A stretch of 63,889 nt of DNA, filler included, from Candidatus Woesearchaeota archaeon (GTDB lineage Archaea > Nanobdellota > Nanobdellia > Woesearchaeales > GCA-2685855): the NCBI GenBank assembly GCA_002685855.1. It is 4 parts of 4 records of this genome, joined end to end, with 100 filler letters (N's around TTAATTAATTAA, not from the genome) between each part and the next. Parts side by side here need not be neighbours in the genome. Positions count along the whole stretch, not along the records: positions 40,489 to 56,098 come from NYYS01000034.1; positions 56,199 to 63,889 come from NYYS01000037.1; 2 more parts are not named here. One strand, given 5' to 3'. The stretch's first letter is position 1. Each line of letters opens with the position of its first letter. The notes beneath the pieces are model-generated. The model had not been told where the DNA came from and ran no database searches. It saw only the letters and a list, made by a program, of their open reading frames with translations. This document shows positions 47,852-56,254 of this stretch, piece after piece. Made by a program: the position numbers and the translations under genes.

Positions 47852-48268
47852 ATGGTACTTGTGCTTCTTGCCCAAAAGCTACTTCTGATCCTGATCACGA
47901 GCTGCTATATTACCTTCTTTTTTGTGAAATTTAACTATGAGAATATTCAGAACTATTTTTTAAAGCACTGGGCGAAATATATTACGGTATCGGTCTTGCT
48001 TTTTTTTACGCTCTATATTGATCTTACTATCCAGAAGATGAGCATTGATATGCTCGTTATTGTTACGTTAATTTTGATTTCATTTATTATCTGTGGGCTC
48101 TTTATTATGGGTTCAAAGACGAATATTGTAAGTTTGTACAGCAAAGCGTTGATGATTGCAGTTATTGTTGTGATTATGTTTCATCTTTTTGCTGTATTAA
48201 AAGAGCTCGCCACATCTGTCTATCATCAGATTACTGAGTCTCCTGAAATAACGAGTCTAACGAGTTAA
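47852..48268 (+). CDS. Four-TM membrane protein
   Basis: Four hydrophobic segments; first gene of the PIG-L/GT4/MFS operon. Confidence 0.65.
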   Translation: MVLVLLAQKLLLILITSCYITFFFVKFNYENIQNYFLKHWAKYITVSVLLFFTLYIDLTIQKMSIDMLVIVTLILISFIICGLFIMGSKTNIVSLYSKALMIAVIVVIMFHLFAVLKELATSVYHQITESPEITSLTS

Positions 48269-48269
48269 A

Positions 48270-48911
48270 ATGGCCGAAAATGTTTTAGTTATCTGTGCAC
48301 ATTCTGATGATCAAATTCTTGGGGCAGGAGGCACGTTGATTAAGTATGCAAAAGAGGGGAAGAATGTTCATACTGTACTTATGAGTTATGGGGAGTCTTC
48401 TCATCCCTGGCTGAAAGAAAGTGTTACCCGAAAAATGCGATCAGAAGAATCAGAAGAGGCGAACAAGGTTATTGGTGCAAAGAGTTTATCAATTCTGGGT
48501 TTTAGTGAGGGAAAATTTAGTGGAGAATGCCGAGGAAAGCTTGGCAAGAAGTTGAAGGAGGTTATTGTACGATTGAAGCCGAATATGATCTTTACTCACA
48601 GTAAGGAAGATCATCATCCAGATCATAAAACTACTGCAGAGATAGTGTTAGCTATTGCTGAAAAGTATGTTCCCAAGTCTGAGGTTTATTGTTTTGATAT
48701 CTGGACGATTGTGAAGACAAAGAATGGGACGTATCCTAAGCTCGTGGTTGATATTTCAAAGGAGTTTAAGACAAAGCTTCGGGCGCTTGATTGTTTTGAA
48801 AGTCAATGGTTAGCCAGGGCGATGTTGATGTGGAGTATTTATTCGAAAGCTTTTTATCATGGATTTAAGAATGATGTTAAGTATGCGGAGGTTTTTTCAC
48901 GACTCAGATGA
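48270..48911 (+). CDS. PIG-L/LmbE family N-acetylglucosaminyl deacetylase
   Basis: CAHSDDQILGAGG, R..E, DHHPDH, FESQ. Confidence 0.9.
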   Translation: MAENVLVICAHSDDQILGAGGTLIKYAKEGKNVHTVLMSYGESSHPWLKESVTRKMRSEESEEANKVIGAKSLSILGFSEGKFSGECRGKLGKKLKEVIVRLKPNMIFTHSKEDHHPDHKTTAEIVLAIAEKYVPKSEVYCFDIWTIVKTKNGTYPKLVVDISKEFKTKLRALDCFESQWLARAMLMWSIYSKAFYHGFKNDVKYAEVFSRLR

Positions 48912-50023
48912 AAAAGATTCTTATTGCGACGGACAATTATCTTCCACGGAGAGATGGGATTACGCGGTTTTTAACAGAGATTATACCTCGTCTTGAAAAG
49001 CGGTTTGAGATTAGAATTGTTTGTCCGGATTATGGGGAGACTCCTGCTTCTCCTGCTACTACGAAGATTGCTACGTATCCTATTTTGCTGGGAGATTATC
49101 GTCCTGCGAAGCTAGCGTATGGGGCTGTGAAGAGAGCGGTGCTTGAGGCAGATGTTGTGTTTAGCCAGACTATTGGACCTATTGGTGCGTTAGCAATTCT
49201 TGCAGCATCCCGGGAGAAGAAAAAGGTTGTTGCATTTACTCACAGTATTGAATGGGAGTTGTTTCCTAAGGCGATTGAGAACCGGTTTATTAAACGACAT
49301 ATGGTTCCGTTAAGCAAGAAGCTTGCAAGCTATCTGTTGAATAAATGCAGCTTGCTTATAGTTCCGTCTCAGAATATTGCAGATAAGTTGACCTGGGAAG
49401 GGATTCATTCTGAGAAAGCGATTGTTCATCTAGGTGTAGACTCGGGTAAGTTTAAACCTGCAGTAAGTAAGCCGTTTGCAAAGAAGAAGCTGGGTCTACC
49501 AACTGATGGTATTATTATTGGATATCATGGGAGACTGAGTAGAGAGAAAGATCTGTTTACGCTTCTTAGGGGATTTATTCGGATGAGGAGGAAGCATAAG
49601 AATGTGCATCTTCTTGTAGTAGGAGAGGGGATCAAAGATGTGAAGGAACGTCTTAGTAAAGAAGGGGTTAAGCTTGTTGGTGTTCAGAAGGATGTGGTTC
49701 CCTGGCTCCAGGCAATGGATATTTATTGTTTGACTTCACTTACTGAAACAACTTCTTTATCTGTTTTGGAGGCGATGAGTTGTAGTTTGCCTGTTATTTC
49801 AACACCTGTTGGGTTTGTAAAGGATTATATTAAAGAGGGTAAAAATGGGATGCTTATTGAAAAAGAGAATCCTTTCTTGCTGGCAAAAAAGATTGAGGAG
49901 CTATTTTTGGATCAGTTATTGAGGGATCGAATGGGGAGAAATGCGCGGAAAAAGGTTGAAAAAAGTTTTGACTGGAATACGACTGTGGGCAAGATTGAAA
50001 AGATTTTTGAGAAGATGAGATAA
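48908..50023 (+). CDS. GT4 family glycosyltransferase
   Basis: TDNYLPRRDG, GRLSREK, ETTSLSVLEAMSCSLPVIST. Confidence 0.92.
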   Translation: MKKILIATDNYLPRRDGITRFLTEIIPRLEKRFEIRIVCPDYGETPASPATTKIATYPILLGDYRPAKLAYGAVKRAVLEADVVFSQTIGPIGALAILAASREKKKVVAFTHSIEWELFPKAIENRFIKRHMVPLSKKLASYLLNKCSLLIVPSQNIADKLTWEGIHSEKAIVHLGVDSGKFKPAVSKPFAKKKLGLPTDGIIIGYHGRLSREKDLFTLLRGFIRMRRKHKNVHLLVVGEGIKDVKERLSKEGVKLVGVQKDVVPWLQAMDIYCLTSLTETTSLSVLEAMSCSLPVISTPVGFVKDYIKEGKNGMLIEKENPFLLAKKIEELFLDQLLRDRMGRNARKKVEKSFDWNTTVGKIEKIFEKMR

Positions 50024-50024
50024 G

Positions 50025-51191
50025 ATGCCCCATACACGCCACCACACACCTCATTTTATTCTGGATTATTTTGCTAATAGAGAACTTGATGAGCTCTATC
50101 TTGCTGTATTTTTAAAATGGCTTGCTCAGAGCATGATTACTGTGTTTGTTCCAATCTATTTTCTTGTTCTTGGATATGAGTTTTTTGATATTGCAAGTTT
50201 TTTTCTTATCTATTTTATTGTTACAAATATTGTTATGTATTTTGGAATGAGGCTTTGTTCTATTTTTGGTGTGAAGAAGAGTATGGCTTTAGGAACATTT
50301 TTGATAATGATTTTTTTCTATCTTCTTCATTTAGTTTCTCTTGGAGGGTCTTATATCCCTGCAGCTTTTGTGAGTGGTTTAAGTTCGGGGATTTACTGGG
50401 CGGCTTTTCATCTTCATTTTACCCACACTATGTCTGACAGGAAAGAAGGGTTTCAGGTGTCTGTATTCAAGATTATTGTTATTATAACATCTGTTCTGGG
50501 GCCGTTGATCGGTGGCATTATTATTGAGAAGATTTCTTTTGCTTTTGTTTTTGGTGTTGTGGGATTATTACTTCTTTGTTCTACGTTCCCATTATTTTTA
50601 ACAAGGGATTTTAAGATTGAAACAAAGGGTTTTTCGTTGAAGAGGATTGTGAAGGCAGATTCTTTGAGTAAAGGACTTGTTTTTCAGTCTGATGGCATTC
50701 TTCATATTACATCTGGAATCTTTTGGCCTCTTTTTATCTATATTACGTTAGAGGAAATTGTGACGTTGGGCGCAATAATATCTTTTTCGTCTGTGTTTCT
50801 AATTTTTTTGATATTTTATATTGGCTATCTTGCGGATCGGAATATTGGAAGAACGCTTAAAGCAGGGGTTTATCTGCATGCGCCTTTTTGGATTATACGG
50901 CTTTTTTTACTTACACCTATTGGGATGTTTCTTTCGAATTTTTTTAGTATGGCAAGTAGTTCTGCGATTGATATTTCTTTTGGCAAGCTTGTTTATTCAA
51001 AGGCAAAGCGTTCGGATTCAGTTTCAGAATATTTTTTGTTTCGAGAGCTTCATCTCACCATAGGAAGAATTCTTATTTTGGTAGTTTTCCTCTTTATTCT
51101 TAATCTTATCTGGGTATTTGTACTGGCTTTCTTTATTACGTTCATGTATCTCTTGTTAGTTAAAGAATGTTCTAAATCTTCAGGCTCGTGA
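50025..51191 (+). CDS. MFS-type transporter
   Basis: About 12 TM segments; GPLIGG, GYLADR. Confidence 0.8.
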   Translation: MPHTRHHTPHFILDYFANRELDELYLAVFLKWLAQSMITVFVPIYFLVLGYEFFDIASFFLIYFIVTNIVMYFGMRLCSIFGVKKSMALGTFLIMIFFYLLHLVSLGGSYIPAAFVSGLSSGIYWAAFHLHFTHTMSDRKEGFQVSVFKIIVIITSVLGPLIGGIIIEKISFAFVFGVVGLLLLCSTFPLFLTRDFKIETKGFSLKRIVKADSLSKGLVFQSDGILHITSGIFWPLFIYITLEEIVTLGAIISFSSVFLIFLIFYIGYLADRNIGRTLKAGVYLHAPFWIIRLFLLTPIGMFLSNFFSMASSSAIDISFGKLVYSKAKRSDSVSEYFLFRELHLTIGRILILVVFLFILNLIWVFVLAFFITFMYLLLVKECSKSSGS

Positions 51192-54100
51192 TTTTTGAGC
51201 TTCCAAATTCGTCCATTGAAACCCCATAGAGGGTATCTGCTGAGGAGATTACACCGTCGTTATGGCTGATGAGTATGTATTGAGCACGGTCTGCATATTT
51301 GGAAATAAGTGTTGAGAGGAGTTCTGAGTTTGCTTTGTCGAGGGCAGCATCAACTTCATCTAGGACGTAGAATGATGCAGGATCGAATTCCTGGACTGAG
51401 AAAATGAAGGAAAGGGCAGTCAGGGTTTTTTCTCCTCCGCTGAGGCTTCGAATGTCTAAGAAGCGTTTTCCGGTTAATCTTACTTTTATTTCGACTCCTC
51501 CGTTGAATGGATCGTTTTTATCTTCAAGGTTGAGGAAGGCATCTCCTTTTGTTGATAGGTTTTTGAAGATTGTGGAGAACTTTTCATTGAGCTGCTGGAA
51601 GGTTTCTGAGAAGAGTTCTCTTTTTTTGCTGTCGATTTCGTTTATCATTACCAGGATGTCTTCGCGTTCTTTATCGAGGACATCTTTTTTATCAAGTAGT
51701 TTTGTGTATTCCTGTTCGACAGTGTCATAGATTTCAAGGGCTCGTAGGTTAACTGCGCCTAGGTCGGTGGCCATGCGTTCAAATTCAGAAATTTCCTTTT
51801 TTATTTTTTCTTCAGGTTTATCTTTATATATTTCTATGCCTTTGAATTGGTTGATTTCTTCTTCAAGGCCTGCAAGTTCTGCTTTTGTTTTTGCCATTTC
51901 GAGGCTTACTCCGTTGAGGCGGATTTCTATATTGTGCATGGTTTGGGTTTTTTGTTCTGTGTTCTGTTCGAGGTTCTTTACTTCGTCGGAGAGTTTTGTT
52001 CTCTGGTTGAAGAGGCCTTTGAATTGTTCATAGAATCTTTTTTCTGCAACTTCTTTTTCTGCGAGGTCTGCTTTGAGGTTTTTGATGAGGGAAAGTACTT
52101 CTTCTTGTTCTTTGAGGAAGGCTTCTTCTTCTTTTTCGTGTTGTTTAAGGATTCTGACAATGTTTTCTTTTTCAGGGCCGAATATTGCTGTTATTTCGTT
52201 GTCTGCATTTTTAAGTGAGATTCTTGTTTCAGTGAGTTCACGTTGGATTTCTGTTTTCTTTTCTTCGAAGCTGTTGAGTTCTGCGAGAAGAAGGGGGTTT
52301 CTGAGCTGGCTCATTTGTTCTCTTAGTTTGTGCTTTCTTATTTTAAGTTGCGCTATGGCTTGATTTTTTTCTCCGAGTATGTCTGAGACTTGTGTGGTTT
52401 CTTTTTCGAATTGTTTGAGTTCTGACTGTATCTTCTTTTTTTCTCTTGAGGAGAGATCTATCTCTGAACTGTCTACGTGCAGAATTTTTTCGAGTTTGAT
52501 TATTTCTCCTTCAAGTTCGCTTTTGAAGTTACGGAGTCGTTCGATCATTGCTCTGTTATCTTCTCGTTTTGCTTCTAAAGCACTACTGATGACCTCCTGA
52601 TCGGATACTTCTGCATTGAGTTTTTCTATTTGGGCTGAGAGTTCTTTTTCCTGGAATCCGAGTCCTCTTTGGCGTTGTCTGTGTCCGCCTTGCATGGCTC
52701 CGCTGAGTTCAACTAAGTCTCCTGATGTTGTTACCATACGGTATTTTCCTATGCCTAGACGCCGGGATACGTCTATATCGTTTACTAAGAGGGTGTTGCC
52801 GAAGACGTACTGGAATACTTTTTGGAATTTTTTGTCATAGGTTATCTGGTTTACGGCAAGGCCAATTAATCCGTTTGCTTTTATTGATTTGAGTTCTGGT
52901 TTTGCAGGAGGGGGATTGAGTTTGTTCATGGGGAGGAATGTTGCTACTCCTAGCTTTTTTTCTTTCAGGAATCGTATGCAATGGGCGGCCGTGGAGTCGT
53001 TGTCGACGACGATGCTTTTGATTCTGTTTCCTGCAGCGACTTCAAGTCCGAGGGCGTAGTCGCTGGAGACGCTTCCTAATTCTGAAACAAGGCCATGGAT
53101 TCCTTTTACTTTGTTTTTGAGTTCAAGGACCTTTGTGACTGCGGTCTGGCCTGCGAGGGATTCCCGTAAGGAGATGTTTCTCGCTGAGAGTTTGGCAAGC
53201 TCTTCTTTTCTTGAGAGGAGTTTTGATTGGGCGGTCTGGAGTTGTGCTGCAAATTGGCTGTCATTTGTGAGGCAGGTGTTGAGTTCTGATGTTGCTTTTT
53301 TGAACTCATCTTTGTTTTTCTTTAGTTGTTCAAATTGACCTTTGAGTTCTTTTTTCACATTAGCCATACGGGATATTTTTTCGTCGATGTTGCTGAGGAT
53401 GACTTCGAGTTTGTCTTTTTCTCTGAAGAGGTTTTGTTGTTTTTCTCTGAGTTCCTGGATTTCTTCCTGAAATTTTTCTGCTTCCTGGTCTATTGTTTCT
53501 ATTTGCTTATCGAGTTCGTGAGCGTCGTCAAGCTGGTTCTTTTTCTTAAATTCCAGGACTTTTTTTTCAAGGGCCTGGAGCTCTTTTTCTTTGCGGAGTA
53601 TTTCCTGTTCTTGTTGTTTTTTTCGCGAGAGGGTGTTGGCGACTTTGGATTCTGCCTCTTTCATTGTTGAAGCGAGTTCGGCTTTTCGTTCTTTGAGTTT
53701 GATGAGTTCCTGTTCAATGGTCTGGATTCGTTGTTCGTTGAGTGCGATGTCTACCCGTAAGCGTTCAACCATCTTATGAATTGCGACTTGGTCTTTTTCT
53801 CCTTTTCTTTCAACTTCTTTGTTGATTTCTTCTATTGCTTCCTTTTTTTCTTCAACTGTTGATTTGAGTTTTCCTATTTCTGATTGTGCCCCTTCGATCT
53901 TTGTATTGAGGCCTTGGATGTCTTTGTCGAGTTTTCCTCTTTTGTCTTGGCGGATGTCGATGCGTTTTTGGATCAGGGTTGCCTTGTTTCGTTTGATCAT
54001 GAGATCGAGTTCTTTGAAGCGGGCGGCCTGATCTCTTTCTTTTTTGAGTTCTTTAAGATATGTTTTTCGTTCTATGAGTACTATGTGTGCTTCGTTGAGT

Positions 54101-54663
54101 TTTTCTTCCACTCTTCCAAGTTCTCGCATTGCTTTGTTCTTTTTTTCTTCGTAGACACTGATTCCTGCTATTTCCTCTACTATTTCTCTTCTTTGGATGG
54201 GGCTCATCTCAACAAGTTTTACAATGTCTCCCTGGAGGACGATGTTGTAGCCGTCAGGGTTTATTCTTGCTCTGCTAAGCAGGTCGAGTATCTGAGCGCG
54301 TGTTCTGACTTCCTGATTTATTCTGTAGACGCTTTGGCCAGACGGTTTTATGGTTCTTGATACAGTGAGTTCTTCGAATTCATCTCCAAAAATTTTTGAG
54401 GTGTTGTCAAAAACTATTCCTACTTCTGCTGTTTTTGCAGGTGTTTTCTTTTTTCCGCCGTTGTAGATGAGATTGGCTGATTTTTCAGCTCTGAGACCTT
54501 TTGCACCCGCCTTTCCTAGAACAAAACAGAGTGCATCTATGAGATTAGATTTTCCCGACCCGTTGGGTCCAAGAACACAGTTAAAGTTATCATTGAAAGG
54601 GATTTCTGTCTTATTCGCGAAGCTCTTAAACCCCTTCATATATAGCCGCTTGATCTTTGTCAT
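51172..54663 (-). CDS. smc: Chromosome segregation protein SMC
   Basis: GFKSF, GPNGSGKSN, hinge (GIHGLVSELG, GAMQGG), LSGGE, VLDEVDAALD, ISH. Confidence 0.97.
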   Translation of the reverse strand: MTKIKRLYMKGFKSFANKTEIPFNDNFNCVLGPNGSGKSNLIDALCFVLGKAGAKGLRAEKSANLIYNGGKKKTPAKTAEVGIVFDNTSKIFGDEFEELTVSRTIKPSGQSVYRINQEVRTRAQILDLLSRARINPDGYNIVLQGDIVKLVEMSPIQRREIVEEIAGISVYEEKKNKAMRELGRVEEKLNEAHIVLIERKTYLKELKKERDQAARFKELDLMIKRNKATLIQKRIDIRQDKRGKLDKDIQGLNTKIEGAQSEIGKLKSTVEEKKEAIEEINKEVERKGEKDQVAIHKMVERLRVDIALNEQRIQTIEQELIKLKERKAELASTMKEAESKVANTLSRKKQQEQEILRKEKELQALEKKVLEFKKKNQLDDAHELDKQIETIDQEAEKFQEEIQELREKQQNLFREKDKLEVILSNIDEKISRMANVKKELKGQFEQLKKNKDEFKKATSELNTCLTNDSQFAAQLQTAQSKLLSRKEELAKLSARNISLRESLAGQTAVTKVLELKNKVKGIHGLVSELGSVSSDYALGLEVAAGNRIKSIVVDNDSTAAHCIRFLKEKKLGVATFLPMNKLNPPPAKPELKSIKANGLIGLAVNQITYDKKFQKVFQYVFGNTLLVNDIDVSRRLGIGKYRMVTTSGDLVELSGAMQGGHRQRQRGLGFQEKELSAQIEKLNAEVSDQEVISSALEAKREDNRAMIERLRNFKSELEGEIIKLEKILHVDSSEIDLSSREKKKIQSELKQFEKETTQVSDILGEKNQAIAQLKIRKHKLREQMSQLRNPLLLAELNSFEEKKTEIQRELTETRISLKNADNEITAIFGPEKENIVRILKQHEKEEEAFLKEQEEVLSLIKNLKADLAEKEVAEKRFYEQFKGLFNQRTKLSDEVKNLEQNTEQKTQTMHNIEIRLNGVSLEMAKTKAELAGLEEEINQFKGIEIYKDKPEEKIKKEISEFERMATDLGAVNLRALEIYDTVEQEYTKLLDKKDVLDKEREDILVMINEIDSKKRELFSETFQQLNEKFSTIFKNLSTKGDAFLNLEDKNDPFNGGVEIKVRLTGKRFLDIRSLSGGEKTLTALSFIFSVQEFDPASFYVLDEVDAALDKANSELLSTLISKYADRAQYILISHNDGVISSADTLYGVSMDEFGSSKITSLKI

Positions 54664-54731
54664 TCAGCTTCCCTCATGGTTTTGTGTCTCATACCTATCT
54701 TTATAAAGGTTTCTTTTCTCTATTTGAAGAA

Positions 54732-55226
54732 TTAGCTGAGTTCCTCCTCGAGAAGTTTCTTAAATTCGTGATCGAAATCCTGGACTTTTCTTGGAGGTGG
54801 TGGTGGGAGAGGAAGTTCTAGATCAGGTTCTTTGTTAGTAAGAAGAAGGTTCTCTCGTTCAAGGTGGAAGACCTCCTTTTTTAGGGTGAAGATTTCCTGC
54901 AGGAGATTTTTTAGAATCAGGTTTGTTTTATTGTTATGAGAGCTGGATTTTTGGTGGAGTTGGAGCTTAAGTTGATAGATTGTGTCCATCATGTGTGCGT
55001 GATCTCTTTTTGTAGCAAAGTTGGTGTAGAGCTGGTGTTCCCGTATATAGTTCTGGTTGATTTTGTGATTGATATCGTCAAGGAGGGTCGAGGAGCTTTC
55101 TACGCCTTTTTTAAGGGAGGGAAGAAGTGTAGAGACTGCTTTGAATTCTCTTTTGAGGCGTTCAAGTTCCTTTTTTGTAGAGTAGAGTTCTTTCTCGACC
55201 TGGTTAAGACGTTTTTTCATGTGCAC
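54732..55226 (-). CDS. Coiled-coil protein with C-terminal polyproline
   Basis: Heptad-rich; LPLPPPPPRK. Confidence 0.6.
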   Translation of the reverse strand: MHMKKRLNQVEKELYSTKKELERLKREFKAVSTLLPSLKKGVESSSTLLDDINHKINQNYIREHQLYTNFATKRDHAHMMDTIYQLKLQLHQKSSSHNNKTNLILKNLLQEIFTLKKEVFHLERENLLLTNKEPDLELPLPPPPPRKVQDFDHEFKKLLEEELS

Positions 55227-55323
55227 CCCTTAGACTGTTTGAGATGGAAGGGTATTTAAAGGTTTTGGATTGTTGAGATGGAAGTAAGCAAGGAAGTATC
55301 AGGCTTAAGATTTGGTAAAAGCT

Positions 55324-55806
55324 TTAGGATTGGTTGAGTGAGTTGTTTGAGGGGGAATTGTTTGTGGGAATGTCGGGTGTTTGATTATCTTCTGGAGGAT
55401 TCTCTGACTGATTTTCTGGGAAAGGTTCTTCTGATGTTGTGTTATCTGGAGGCATACTTTCTTCGGGTTCATCTACGAGATCAGGAGTATTTTGAGATTC
55501 AAGTGGTGTGTATTCTCTGTCTGCCTCGAGTGGTTCGAATGTTACTCTGTCGTCAGGTGCGGGCGTGGTGAATAGGGTGAAGTATCCTGCTACTACGAGT
55601 GCGATGAGGATGAGAGCTCCTATAAGTATCCAGAGCCAGAGTTTGCTTTTCTTTTTTTGTTGTTGTGGGGCTGTGATTCCGTGGATGGCTTCTTTTGCTT
55701 CGACCATGCTGTAGCCGCGTTGGAGCATGGAGTTTGTGAGTTGTTCTTCTGTGTAGCCTTGTTTTTTCTGTGTTTTCACCCATTGGATGACGTCAGGGTC
55801 TACCAT
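55324..55806 (-). CDS. Single-pass membrane protein with small N-terminal helical domain and disordered external tail
   Basis: WVKTQKKQGYTEEQL..GYS; TM LWLWILIGALILIALVVAGYF; P/S/N/E-rich C-terminus. Confidence 0.7.
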   Translation of the reverse strand: MVDPDVIQWVKTQKKQGYTEEQLTNSMLQRGYSMVEAKEAIHGITAPQQQKKKSKLWLWILIGALILIALVVAGYFTLFTTPAPDDRVTFEPLEADREYTPLESQNTPDLVDEPEESMPPDNTTSEEPFPENQSENPPEDNQTPDIPTNNSPSNNSLNQS

Positions 55807-55836
55807 AGAAGATATTTGATTGTGTGTTTTTTAAAG

Positions 55837-56097
55837 TTATTGATTAAAGGTGTTGAGAGAGGTCTGTTGTTTGGTTTGGGCGATGTTTTTGTAGGTTTTC
55901 CAGGTGGTTCTGAAGATGTCGTATTTGTCGTGGTTGTTTTTTATGAATGCCTGGGTTTTTGGGTCTGCGGGGTAGCCGCTGCCGAAGTCTATTTTGATTT
56001 TTTGTTTTATTTTTTCTATTTCTCTGTCTCTGGTTACTTTTGCGATGATGGATGCTGCTGAGACAATGGGGTGGTTGAGGTCTGCTTTGTGTTCTGC
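55837..56097 (-). CDS. rnhB: Ribonuclease HII, C-terminal fragment (5' part lost at contig end; not in ORF track)
   Basis: Manual translation AEHKADLNHPIVSAASIIAKVTRD...DFGSGYPADPKT...FRTTW...QQTSLNTF (PIP-box-like). Confidence 0.9.
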   Translation of the reverse strand, partial: AEHKADLNHPIVSAASIIAKVTRDREIEKIKQKIKIDFGSGYPADPKTQAFIKNNHDKYDIFRTTWKTYKNIAQTKQQTSLNTFNQ

Positions 56098-56098
56098 T

Positions 56099-56198
56099 NN
56101 NNNNNNNNNNNNNNNNNNNNNNNNNNNNNNNNNNNNNNNNNNTTAATTAATTAANNNNNNNNNNNNNNNNNNNNNNNNNNNNNNNNNNNNNNNNNNNN
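56099..56198. other. Artificial contig-joining spacer
   Basis: N44-TTAATTAATTAA-N44. Confidence 0.98.
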
Positions 56199-56254
56199 AA
56201 GGAGAAGGATATGACTGGAGCTTTGGATGCGGAGATATCTCGCATATCTTTGAC

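Noticed and set aside
13141..54706. Many 60-270 aa antisense or alternate-frame ORFs in the track (e.g. 32847-33665, 37334-38017, 24438-25046)
   Set aside because: Shadows of well-supported genes; the strong strand skew depletes stop codons in other frames
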